Of a DNA stretch of 32,000 bases, positions 17,389 through 26,085 are shown in pieces; within the stretch, counting starts at the first letter, position 1; each line of letters opens with the position of its first letter. Where the stretch lies: the NCBI RefSeq assembly GCF_000757865.1, contig NZ_CP007754.1, forward strand, positions 1,500,001 through 1,532,000. The letters are read 5' to 3'. The position numbers were made by a program, and so were the translations under genes. This stretch comes from Prochlorococcus sp. MIT 0801. GTDB taxonomy: Bacteria > Cyanobacteriota > Cyanobacteriia > PCC-6307 > Cyanobiaceae. The notes beneath the pieces were generated by a model that was not told the origin of the DNA, ran no database searches, and saw nothing but the letters and a program-made list of their open reading frames with translations.

Positions 17389-17556
17389 TCATGAACCTTC
17401 TAAAATTGAGAATTGATAGCGATCCCTAGTGGAATAAACCATCCCATCCCCATCATTATCATTATCATTATCATCATCAAAGCTAGAAATTAAAATTCGA
17501 ATTCCTAGCAATGCAAGAAAGCCTGAGACAAAAACCACTATTAATTGAGTATGCAT
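17389..17556 (-). CDS. Possible 55-aa protein: N-terminal TM helix followed by an Asp/Asn repeat
   Basis: Hand translation gives MHTQLIVVFVSGFLALLGIRILISSFDDDNDNDNDGDGMVYSTRDRYQFSILEGS. A hairpin at 17332..17362 follows it. Confidence 0.35.
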   Translation of the reverse strand: MHTQLIVVFVSGFLALLGIRILISSFDDDNDNDNDGDGMVYSTRDRYQFSILEGS

Positions 17557-18123
17557 TATTTCTTTAAAAGTTCAACTTTAAAAGTATTTCTAACCATAAA
17601 AAGGTAGTGATTCACGCAAAGATATCATCAGAGAACGTGATCAATGCTTCTCAAAGCTCAGCAAGGATTTATTGTTTAACTGCTTTTTTGAGTGTTTTTA
17701 AAGTCCTATTGTTTTTTTTAGCCAGATCAGCCTTGCTTGGATTAGGGATACTGAACTGAGTAAGTAATTTCATGAAAATCATGAGAAATTAAAGAATATT
17801 AAAAACTTATAAATAACTAATCGCTATCAACTTGAAACTCTTTCAATGAGTCTCCGTAATAACTCATAGCAAGTTGAAGCAAAACCCAGTTCATAGCTCT
17901 AGACATTGTGACCTCGAAATGAATTCAACTTAAAGATGACTTATGTTTCAAAGTCTTGCCATGAGTAATTATTATTTTTAAAGGATTAAAAAAATCCGTC
18001 GCTATTTGAAATCAAATTAGTCATCAATCTTAGTTCTAAGAAGAAGTAACGATAAGTAATTATTCATAGCATTTGTGCGTTTTAAATATAAACTTTACTC
18101 ATTAAGTAACTGAAAGGTATTGC

Positions 18124-18318
18124 ATGGTTTTTCTATCGAATCCTCAAGTGTGGCACTTACCTGGCACTTGGTCTGAACAACCTATTGATGGTCCTTACTT
18201 AGGCATGACCTCAAGTCAATTAAGTTGGGTGGCTGCATCGATTTTGGCAACTCTATTGATAGCTTTTAGTGTTTACATTCTTGAGACGAGCAACTCAAAT
18301 CGTAAAAGAAGTTCTTAG
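18124..18318 (+). CDS. Hypothetical single-TM protein
   Basis: 64-aa ORF with an ATG start and a C-terminal TM segment WVAASILATLLIAFSVYIL. Confidence 0.4.
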   Translation: MVFLSNPQVWHLPGTWSEQPIDGPYLGMTSSQLSWVAASILATLLIAFSVYILETSNSNRKRSS

Positions 18319-18364
18319 AATTGTTTGAATAATTAAAATTGACTTATTGGGTAAGTGATAATTC

Positions 18365-18688
18365 ATGACTTATTTTATTTTATATTTCTTTGGCATAGCA
18401 ACAATTTGGTGGGTTTATCGTGTTGGATGGACTGAAGCTCTAAAGACCATTCTCAGTGTTTTAATCCCTTCTTTATTAATTATTCTTTTTAATGTAAAAG
18501 CAGGACGACTCATATTCAAAAATCCTATGGTTGGGATAATAAGTGTTCTTCCTACCGCCATTTTTATTTATCGAGGAACAAAGCCTCTAGTATTTGGAAT
18601 TAATAGTTGGATAGACAGGAAAAGAAACGAATTTGTTGATTCAAAAGAAGTGGTTGATGCCGAAGTGGTTTCTAAAGAGGAAGCATAA
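18365..18688 (+). CDS. Hypothetical membrane protein (about 3 TM)
   Basis: 107-aa ORF with an ATG start, 46 nt downstream of the previous ORF. Confidence 0.5.
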   Translation: MTYFILYFFGIATIWWVYRVGWTEALKTILSVLIPSLLIILFNVKAGRLIFKNPMVGIISVLPTAIFIYRGTKPLVFGINSWIDRKRNEFVDSKEVVDAEVVSKEEA

Positions 18689-18893
18689 TTTTTGAATTTA
18701 ACAGCGTAGTCATAGCAAGAGATTTGCTGAGAAGAAAACTCTCAACCCTTTTATATGGATCTCTTTCCCCTTGAATAAAAGTGGATTATATTTTGAATTT
18801 CGAAAAAATCAGGAGTTTATTTATCCTTTTATTAGTTATATTTGTTGATCGCGCTGGATAAATGGCAATAATAAAGTGATTAATAAATAAACC

Positions 18894-19046
18894 ATGACAG
18901 ATAACGAGCCAAAGTGGGATTACACCACTAAAGAAGGAAATTTTGCTGCAGGAGCTGCGGTTGTTGGAGGGAATTTACTAGTTCTTATTATTTACATTCT
19001 CTATAGAACGGTTCCCTCTGTGCACCATTTCATTATCGGGAGATAA
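18894..19046 (+). CDS. Possible 50-aa single-TM protein
   Basis: Hand translation gives MTDNEPKWDYTTKEGNFAAGAAVVGGNLLVLIIYILYRTVPSVHHFIIGR. Confidence 0.35.
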   Translation: MTDNEPKWDYTTKEGNFAAGAAVVGGNLLVLIIYILYRTVPSVHHFIIGR

Positions 19047-19094
19047 CTCAAAAGTCATCAGGAGAACGACTTTACTTATTGGAGAACAGAGTTC

Positions 19095-19307
19095 TCAGTA
19101 TCTTCTGTTAGTTGTTGATTGAGACCAGATGAAAGCCAATAAACAAGCCATTCCAATCAAAGGGAGAAGGGTTTTAATCAAGCCAACTACAACCAACACG
19201 CCTATGCCGGTAGAGGTATAAATTGCCCATTTCGGTAAATATCTACCTGCTCTGCTCCCTTTATTATTTGAAGGGGGAATTACTTCTGGATCAATAGCCA
19301 TTTTCAA
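19095..19307 (-). CDS. Hypothetical two-TM protein
   Basis: 70-aa ORF with an ATG start. Confidence 0.5.
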   Translation of the reverse strand: MKMAIDPEVIPPSNNKGSRAGRYLPKWAIYTSTGIGVLVVVGLIKTLLPLIGMACLLAFIWSQSTTNRRY

Positions 19308-19433
19308 CTGAAAGATAATTTATCTATTCACAGAATAAATTCATTAAAAAGGAAGACAAGCTCCCGATGGATACTGTAACCAGGAGAATTTGTTTTTGGC
19401 CATATATTCTCATGTCTAATATTACTGAAGCAT

Positions 19434-19619
19434 CTATGTATTTTTAGTTTCTTCAAATAATCCCAAAAAAGTCCATGCAATTAATGAAACAAGTCCAAGT
19501 CCCAAAGATAAGATGGCAAACATAAATTCCCCTAAAAAAAGAACTGCAATAGCTATTGTTATGAAAATCAAAGAAAAAATTAAATAAATATTCGAAGGGA
19601 TTTTTTTTAGAAACTCCAT
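19434..19619 (-). CDS. Hypothetical two-TM protein
   Basis: 61-aa ORF with an ATG start, almost entirely hydrophobic. Confidence 0.45.
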   Translation of the reverse strand: MEFLKKIPSNIYLIFSLIFITIAIAVLFLGEFMFAILSLGLGLVSLIAWTFLGLFEETKNT

Positions 19620-19644
19620 AATTCACATATAAAAAACATCTTTA

Positions 19645-19812
19645 TTAAAAGGGAAACTCAGATTTTATCCATAAAGCAGAAATAACTTTCATAAGTAACC
19701 ACACAACTAAAGCACCCTCAAGGAAGCCAAACCAATACAGTGCATAGTTAGATATCCCCATTTCTTTTTGGGCACGTTCAACAAATGATTTATGCCATTT
19801 GATCAACTTCAC
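19645..19812 (-). CDS. Possible 55-aa membrane protein
   Basis: Hand translation from a GTG start gives (M)KLIKWHKSFVERAQKEMGISNYALYWFGFLEGALVVWLLMKVISALWIKSEFPF. Confidence 0.35.
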   Translation of the reverse strand: MKLIKWHKSFVERAQKEMGISNYALYWFGFLEGALVVWLLMKVISALWIKSEFPF

Positions 19813-20241
19813 AATTCATCCGTGTAGATAAAATTATTATAGTTAAAAGCTGCAAATAATTTTTTTTTTAGAATAATGGGATTTCTTATTCTTGTAAGAG
19901 ATTCTTCTATGCCAAAGCTAAGGCTAATGACCTAAAGACGAGCAAAATCTTACTTATCATGTATTAAAAACTACGAAAATGAGACATCTAAAAATTTATG
20001 AAAATATTAATCCAGTAATTGAAACTACTTCAGTAATCTTTAATATCTATAAGAATACAATAACCTTATTATAAAAAAATGGATAAATAGAGATGCATTA
20101 AACTATTAGAAGTAAAATATTATCTTAAATAATTCAATCCTCTGTAAGTGAGTTGTATTTGACACTTTGAAGCTGAATTACAATATACAAATGATCTTCC
20201 ATTGAAATACATATTGACCATGGTACTAGCTCCTTAGAAGC

Positions 20242-20296
20242 GCTCAAGTCCCCGTCCTTTGGCTTGAGTCGAACTGCAGTCTACATAAGCAGATCG
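20242..20296. ncRNA. Candidate structured RNA core: two abutting hairpins in a locally GC-rich patch. Strand and extent unknown.
   Basis: H1 pairs CTCAAGTC with GGCTTGAG (20243-20250 with 20261-20268). H2 pairs CGAACTGC with GCAGATCG (20270-20277 with 20289-20296, one mismatch). Both lie in an otherwise AT-rich 0.6-kb gap. Confidence 0.3.
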
Positions 20297-20407
20297 GACG
20301 ATTGAATAGCAAAAGCTATACACATTTATAGTATTTATACTCATAAATGTCAACGCCTTCGATTTGCTCTCTATCTGTTTGTCTACCTCAAGAGAAAAAT
20401 TACGTGG

Positions 20408-22333
20408 TTACTTTGCTGACTCAGACAACTCACTTAGCTCAATCCATCTATCCTCATGCTCTTGAATAGATTCAATTAGCTCTGCTAATTGATGACTAAT
20501 TTCACTAATATCTACATCACTATCAGTTATCTTTTTTTCTAAATATATTTTCTTTTTTTCTAATATAGGTAGTCTCAGATCTAATTCTTTTAATTCTCTA
20601 GCTTCTTTAAAACTCAATCGTCTCGAATCATTTTTAGAATCTAATTTTATTTCTTGTCCACGCTTGTTTTGTGAATTATTAACTATTTTGGCTTGTTTTT
20701 TGGTTTCATTGTTTCGCTCCTCTAATATTTTTTGATCAAGAAATCGAGAGTAATTTCCTTCATATCTTCGCAAGTGACCGTTTTCAAAATTAAAAATTCG
20801 ATCAATAGTTCGATCAAGAAAATATCTGTCATGCGATACAACTACAACACAACCTTTAAAATCATCAAGAAAATCTTCTAGCACACTTAGTGTTTGTATA
20901 TCTAAATCATTCGTAGGCTCATCAAGCAATAATACATTGGGTGCTTGTATGAGCATTTTGCATAGAGCAAGTCTTCTTTTTTCTCCCCCTGAAAGTTTTA
21001 GCAGAGGACTATGTTGTTGACTGGGTGGAAAGAGAAATTTTTCTAAGAGTTGTGATGCTGTAATTTGTTTCCCTCCATGATCAATACGTAATGCAGCCTC
21101 CTCCACAAAATCGATAACTTTGCGGTTTAGGCCACTCCCTTGATTCAAGTCATTTGTATGCTGATCTAGGTAGCCAATATGAACCGTTTCTCCAAGTTTT
21201 ATTTTCCCACTTGTAGGCAATCTTTTACCCGCAATTAGATCTAAAAGAGTGGATTTACCGCTGCCATTTGGACCAATAATTCCTACTCGGTCCTCTGGAC
21301 TAAAGCTATAAGTGAAATCAGATAAAAGATCCAAATTATTTTCTTTATTATGTAGCGATAGCCCTACACCTTCAGCTTCAATTGCGATTTTTCCAATTCT
21401 TCTACTCAGTGAATTCATTTCTAAATTAGCTTTGACATGACTTTTAGGTTTCGCTTGCATTTCAGCAATCCTTTGAATACGTGCTTTTTGTTTTGTACTT
21501 CTTGCCTTGGGACCCTGTCTTAACCAAGCTAATTCCTTTCTTAAAACACCCTGAAACTTTTTCTTTGTAGATGCTTCTGATTGCTCTTGTTCAATTTTTT
21601 GTTGAAGAAATTCACGATAATTGCCCGAATACTTGCGAGCTTCTCCATTATTAATTTCGACCATCCGGTTGGTAATACGATCAAGAACATATCTATCGTG
21701 AGTTATTAAGACAAGGGCACCCTCATAATGGTCTAACCAATTTTGAAGCCATTCCACTGCAGATGCATCTAGGTGGTTAGTAGGTTCATCAAGAAGCAAG
21801 ATGTCTGGTTTAGAGACAAGCGCAGCGGCAAGTCCCACTCTTTTGCGATAACCACCAGAAAGCTCTTTTACTGGCTTATCTAAATCTTTTATACCTAATC
21901 TTCTTAGAACATCTTGGCATTGTTGTTCTAAATTCCATGCCCCAGCGGCATCCATAAGTTCACTCGCCTGACCTAGCTTTTTCAAAAGGTCTTCATCTTC
22001 TGGATTTTGAGCGATTTTTCTACTTAGCTGACTGAAATTAAGTAATAATTTTCTTTTTTCTCCACACCCTTCAAGAACTTCCTCCAAAATACTTTTTTCA
22101 CTGTTGTAACTTGTTTCTTGCCCAACTAAAGATATCCGCAAAGATGATAAACATCTCCTTTCTCCCTCCATCAAAGGTTCTATTCCTGCAATGACTCTCA
22201 AAAGTGTTGACTTGCCAGATCCATTTGGACCAATCAAACCAAGTCTCTCTTTTTTATTTACATGAAGATCTAAATTTTTAAAAAGATTTTTTATTCCAAA
22301 GTCTGTTGAAGCATTAACAAGACTAATCAACAC
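20408..22333 (-). CDS. ABC-F family ATPase (two ABC domains, no TM domain; Uup/YheS-like)
   Basis: It has two Walker A motifs (GPNGSGKST), two signatures (LSGGYRKR, LSGGEKRR), two Walker B motifs (LLLDEPTN), a charged linker and a C-terminal coiled coil. The start is TTG. Confidence 0.92.
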   Translation of the reverse strand: MLISLVNASTDFGIKNLFKNLDLHVNKKERLGLIGPNGSGKSTLLRVIAGIEPLMEGERRCLSSLRISLVGQETSYNSEKSILEEVLEGCGEKRKLLLNFSQLSRKIAQNPEDEDLLKKLGQASELMDAAGAWNLEQQCQDVLRRLGIKDLDKPVKELSGGYRKRVGLAAALVSKPDILLLDEPTNHLDASAVEWLQNWLDHYEGALVLITHDRYVLDRITNRMVEINNGEARKYSGNYREFLQQKIEQEQSEASTKKKFQGVLRKELAWLRQGPKARSTKQKARIQRIAEMQAKPKSHVKANLEMNSLSRRIGKIAIEAEGVGLSLHNKENNLDLLSDFTYSFSPEDRVGIIGPNGSGKSTLLDLIAGKRLPTSGKIKLGETVHIGYLDQHTNDLNQGSGLNRKVIDFVEEAALRIDHGGKQITASQLLEKFLFPPSQQHSPLLKLSGGEKRRLALCKMLIQAPNVLLLDEPTNDLDIQTLSVLEDFLDDFKGCVVVVSHDRYFLDRTIDRIFNFENGHLRRYEGNYSRFLDQKILEERNNETKKQAKIVNNSQNKRGQEIKLDSKNDSRRLSFKEARELKELDLRLPILEKKKIYLEKKITDSDVDISEISHQLAELIESIQEHEDRWIELSELSESAK

Positions 22334-22534
22334 AGCTTAAGTCCTCACGTCCTTAACTAAAGCTAACTTAAAAATAATACCCCCTAGTCCTCTAGAATTT
22401 TTCCAACGTTTGAACATGACATTTCTAAATAAATTCTGTTATTGCTAAATAGCTAATACATTCTATTTCAACAGTTACATCAACTATGAAATAGGGAATA
22501 AGGATGCAAGTTAAGAAAAATATAGTTAAGAAAC

Positions 22535-22744
22535 TTAGCGAAAGAAATTACAGTACTGCTCTACCCTTGAACTAACCCTACCAGAATCTTTTAATCCTAA
22601 TAACCTTGCGGCATCACCACTGTTAATTTCGACGGCATAGTATCGTCCACAAATGTTCTTAGTTTCATAAATTCGATCATCAGCATTAACTGCCATCGGA
22701 AATATAAGAGAAAAAGATAGAGACACGAGAAAGATACGGTTCAT
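22535..22744 (-). CDS. Small secreted protein (signal peptide, two Cys)
   Basis: 69 aa: MNRIFLVSLSFSLIFPMAVNA-DDRIYE... Confidence 0.5.
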   Translation of the reverse strand: MNRIFLVSLSFSLIFPMAVNADDRIYETKNICGRYYAVEINSGDAARLLGLKDSGRVSSRVEQYCNFFR

Positions 22745-22825
22745 TATTTTATTTATGAGAAAAAAAACTTTAGAGCCTTTTGTGAGTAAGATCTTACATA
22801 ATTATTTATACATATAAGAATAAGG

Positions 22826-23188
22826 ATGATTTTTTTAAACAGAGTTCTTTCAAATTACTTTCTGGCTTGGAGTCAGATGTTTAATTACAAAGATAAAACA
22901 AGTAGAATACCTTTTTGGCACTTTTTTATTCTGGATGGATTAATAGGTGCTGTGGTTTCAATACTATCTAATAACAACCTTGCTAATGATCCAAATGATT
23001 TTTATAACATCGCTGAGGGATATGACTGGAGTTATTTGTATAGCATTCCATCTTTTTTAGTTTTCATAGCTTTATTAATCAGAAGACTGAGAGATATCGG
23101 AAAAGAAAACTTAGTTTTATGGGCATTTTGTTCATTTATTCCTTTCTACAATCTTTATATATTTTCCCAGCCTTCATCTGAAAAATAA
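22826..23188 (+). CDS. DUF805-family inner-membrane protein
   Basis: RIPFWHFFILDGLIG... and LIRRLRDIGKENL match the DUF805 pattern (R..FW...L and RRLHD.G.S.W). Confidence 0.75.
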   Translation: MIFLNRVLSNYFLAWSQMFNYKDKTSRIPFWHFFILDGLIGAVVSILSNNNLANDPNDFYNIAEGYDWSYLYSIPSFLVFIALLIRRLRDIGKENLVLWAFCSFIPFYNLYIFSQPSSEK

Positions 23189-23233
23189 ATGAAATTTATA
23201 AAGCTGTAAGCATTATTTAGGTTTCTAAAATAC

Positions 23234-23524
23234 TCATTTCCTACCCTTAAAGGTTCGAGGATAAGGAATATTAAGAGCGTTAAACCTTTTCAATTTTTTA
23301 CGACGTCTATAACGCTTATAAAACAAGTCGAAAAGTATCGACACTCCAAACCAAGAGATAATACAGCTTATAATTATCCTTGCACCTTCAGTCGAAGCCA
23401 GCCAAAAGATAATAGGATCAACTACGAGATTAATGCTAATTATAAAGCCAATAAACAAAGAGATAGTAAGACAAGCTATTACTAAAAAAACTCTGAATAT
23501 TTTTTTTGTGTTGGAATTTTTCAT
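23234..23524 (-). CDS. Hypothetical membrane protein with basic C-terminal tail
   Basis: This is the track ORF 23234..23530 trimmed to the ATG (MKNSNTKK...). It has 3 hydrophobic segments followed by YKRYRRRKKLKR. Confidence 0.5.
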   Translation of the reverse strand: MKNSNTKKIFRVFLVIACLTISLFIGFIISINLVVDPIIFWLASTEGARIIISCIISWFGVSILFDLFYKRYRRRKKLKRFNALNIPYPRTFKGRK

Positions 23525-23881
23525 ACCCAAATGCTTGAAATCGTATTAGGAATCCATATTTTCTATTCTCAAGCAAAATAGATAGTAAAGGAATTTTAAT
23601 GTAATAAAAGTTGATTCACCTTTAATATTAAATATGTACAATTCACAGGTTAAGTAATAGAAAATTCAAAGGCAGACATTAAGAATTTGCCTTACTACAG
23701 GTTAGATTAAATTCAACTACTTTTAATAGATATATCTATTCAATAACGGCGAGATACTTATATAGCGACCAGGCAAGAGGCTTATGTTCATTCTTACAAA
23801 TATTTAAATTACTTTTAGCCAGGTTGTTGGAAGTTTACAAACTGATCTCAAAAGGTAACCTATATTAGCTACTTTTAGCCA

Positions 23882-24085
23882 ATGTCATTTCATCACTCTG
23901 TCGAGGAAACGATGTCAGACCTCATATGTCATATGCTTAAAAGAACCGACCATCTCAATACTGGAGATCAGTTAGCTATTGGTCAAGAATACAGAGAATG
24001 GATTAAATGCATAAAGAATAAAGACCTTGTTCCACAAAATATACTTTTTATCAATACATCTACTTTTGGGAAAAATAATCAATAA
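23882..24085 (+). CDS. Hypothetical protein
   Basis: 67-aa ORF with an ATG start and no recognisable motif. Confidence 0.35.
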   Translation: MSFHHSVEETMSDLICHMLKRTDHLNTGDQLAIGQEYREWIKCIKNKDLVPQNILFINTSTFGKNNQ

Positions 24086-24131
24086 AGAGTTCAGAAAGAT
24101 TAGATCATGTTCTACATCACAGTGAAACTAG

Positions 24132-25712
24132 TTACGCATTAATTCTTTTTCCAAATAACATCGTGACATTAATTCGACGATTCTCATATCCCTCTTTGAA
24201 TTCATAAGTATCAGTTTCATGAAATAAATTTGAATTGAATATAACGGCACGATTTGCTTTATAAGGAATCACGGTAGATTTATAGTTCGTTGCCTTTAAT
24301 TCTTTCTGGATTGCCATATCATTACCATTAAATTTTTTAAAATCCCATTCTTTTGGTGCTTCCAAGTGGTAGACAATCAAACCGCCATTAGTTGGATTTA
24401 AGTTAGCTTCGTTTTTTGTAATCCAGAAATTTACATTTATTGCGGCTTGATCAGCATGAATCTTAATACCTCTAATATTTGATTCTTTATTCTTTGCGCG
24501 ACTATCGTATTTAAAAGCCCAAAGTTGTTCCAAAAGATGATCTTTAAATATTTTTGGAAATTTCTTTCTAAGTTCTTCTGCAATTTGAATAATTAATGGA
24601 TTAGCTAAGCCTTCTCTTAAGTATGCTCCTAGATATCCATTAGGTTTAATTCCAAACCAAATTGTACTTTCAAGAAGAAACTTCAGCAACAAATCAAGTG
24701 CTTCAGTAGATAATAAATCATCTACATAAGTCACACCAGATTCATGGTTTAAATAACTCATCGTAATTTTATCCACGTCTATAGAATTACTTAATGCTGG
24801 CTTAGTTAGCTTAGATAACTCTACTTTATTTAGAGAAAGATTATAATTATCATAAAGCAACTTTTGATGCCTTTCATTTAGAACAATTATTTCAGTTTCA
24901 GAAGGCCAGTTAATCTCTAATGAGATTTTTCTATATAAATTTGCAAGCTCACTAAATCGTCTATTCTCAATCGAAAGTGATGATAAATAGTCGAATTGTT
25001 GAATATCATGATCAATCTTTGCCTTACTAATTTTCTTAAATCTTTCCAAGGTATCAAAATCTAACTTTTGAGACCCTCTTAGCAAATCAAAGCATTTAGA
25101 AAAATATTTTAAAGCTTTATCGTGTTCATTTTTTGCAAGTAGTGTTAAACCAAGAGAATAATAAGAATCAGCATACATTGGATTCAATCTTATAGCTCTT
25201 TCATAACTATCCTGAGCCTTATCAAAATCATCAAGTTCTTTTAAAATGTTTGCCAGATTATAATGATAAACAGCTGAATTAGGATTAATTTGAATAGCTT
25301 TGCGTGTAAATACTTCAGCTTCTTTAATTCTATTCAAGTCTTTTAGTAAGTTTCCAAGATTAAAATAAGCATCTACAAAATCTGGATTCAATTCTATTGC
25401 TTTCCGAAAATATCTTTCAGCTTCCTTAAAATTTTCAAAAGATATTAATAAAATTGCATAATTTGAAAATACTCTAGAATCTTGAATACCTTGGGAAATT
25501 AAATATTGATAACATTTTGCTGCCTCTAAAATTTTACCTTGTGATTGAAACTTAAATGCTTGATCGAATATTTGTTCTTCAGAAGGATTAGAGGAAGTGT
25601 TAGTAGTAATAATGGTGTTTTCTTTTATTTCTCCTAAATCCAATGGAACATTGAATGTTTTTATATTGAAGAATTTATTCTTTCTTTGTTCTTGTTTGTC
25701 TGATTTTTCCAT
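24132..25712 (-). CDS. TPR-repeat protein fused to a C-terminal domain with a 2OG-Fe(II)-oxygenase-like HxD...H pattern
   Basis: There are about five TPR units (AIELNPDFVDAYFNLGNLL, AIQINPNSAVYHYNLANIL, AIRLNPMYADSYYSLGLTL). The C-terminus has IKIHADQAAINVNFW ... AVIFNSNLFHETD ... RRINVTMLFG. Confidence 0.85.
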   Translation of the reverse strand: MEKSDKQEQRKNKFFNIKTFNVPLDLGEIKENTIITTNTSSNPSEEQIFDQAFKFQSQGKILEAAKCYQYLISQGIQDSRVFSNYAILLISFENFKEAERYFRKAIELNPDFVDAYFNLGNLLKDLNRIKEAEVFTRKAIQINPNSAVYHYNLANILKELDDFDKAQDSYERAIRLNPMYADSYYSLGLTLLAKNEHDKALKYFSKCFDLLRGSQKLDFDTLERFKKISKAKIDHDIQQFDYLSSLSIENRRFSELANLYRKISLEINWPSETEIIVLNERHQKLLYDNYNLSLNKVELSKLTKPALSNSIDVDKITMSYLNHESGVTYVDDLLSTEALDLLLKFLLESTIWFGIKPNGYLGAYLREGLANPLIIQIAEELRKKFPKIFKDHLLEQLWAFKYDSRAKNKESNIRGIKIHADQAAINVNFWITKNEANLNPTNGGLIVYHLEAPKEWDFKKFNGNDMAIQKELKATNYKSTVIPYKANRAVIFNSNLFHETDTYEFKEGYENRRINVTMLFGKRINA

Positions 25713-26057
25713 ATATTTTATTCCTATTCAAAAAACAAAAAAAGTAACTAGATATATTCTTTCTAGCTGATCAAGCTCTATTTGAGCTTTTCTCTTAATA
25801 GTTTGCGACTGCAACGCCTCAAATACTACTTAGATCTGATGTAGACAACTATTTTCCCATTCTCTGGCTGAAGTATTGAGGTCAGCTATGTATACGGTGA
25901 GAAGAGGTCAGTCATATATACAGGTAGACAACCCAACCCCCATCTTTCTATACGACGGGTAGCTGAAGACGTATTTATTTCGTGCGTGTTGTGCGATCTG
26001 TTTTGACTGCTTGATCTACATTAGACTTCGCCTAACAAAGAAAGTTTGCGAGTCACT

Positions 26058-26085
26058 AGGTTCGAAGTTACTCGAACTTTATTTT
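26058..26085 (+). terminator. Terminator-like hairpin plus T-tract closing a GC-rich non-coding segment
   Basis: AGGTTCGA-AGTTAC-TCGAACTT is followed by TATTTT. No protein-coding gene ends upstream of it on the + strand. Confidence 0.4.

Noticed and set aside
17817-17906. Very small minus-strand ORFs of 29 aa (17817..17906), 34 aa (17669..17773) and 33 aa (~20119..20220), and a 30-aa plus-strand ORF (11414..11506)
   Set aside because: They are too short to tell apart from chance without conservation or translation data. They appear only as context in the small-ORF finding.
20279-20295. GTCTACAT(AAG)CAGATC is shared with the reverse complement of 25833-25846, suggesting a link between the two candidate RNA elements
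   Set aside because: This is only a gapped 14-nt match with no flanking similarity. Matches of that length are expected by chance among all pairs in a 32-kb AT-rich window.
20215-20300. Idea that the GC-rich element is a tRNA fragment, the acceptor piece of a permuted tmRNA (the minus strand ends ...AGCTAGTACCA), or SRP RNA domain IV
   Set aside because: No T-arm can be paired before the ACCA. No GGGG-type partner strand or tag-coding piece lies nearby. The SRP GGAA tetraloop and AGCAGC motifs are absent.
26053-26066. GTCACTAGGTTCGA resembles the tRNA-Val segment GTCACTGGTTCGA (6386-6398), raising the idea of an att-type partial tRNA repeat that would bound a 20-kb island
   Set aside because: Similarity stops after about 14 nt and includes the generic GGTTCGA T-loop. 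The local hairpin is not a T-arm. The core gene murD lies between the two sites, and no integrase is present.
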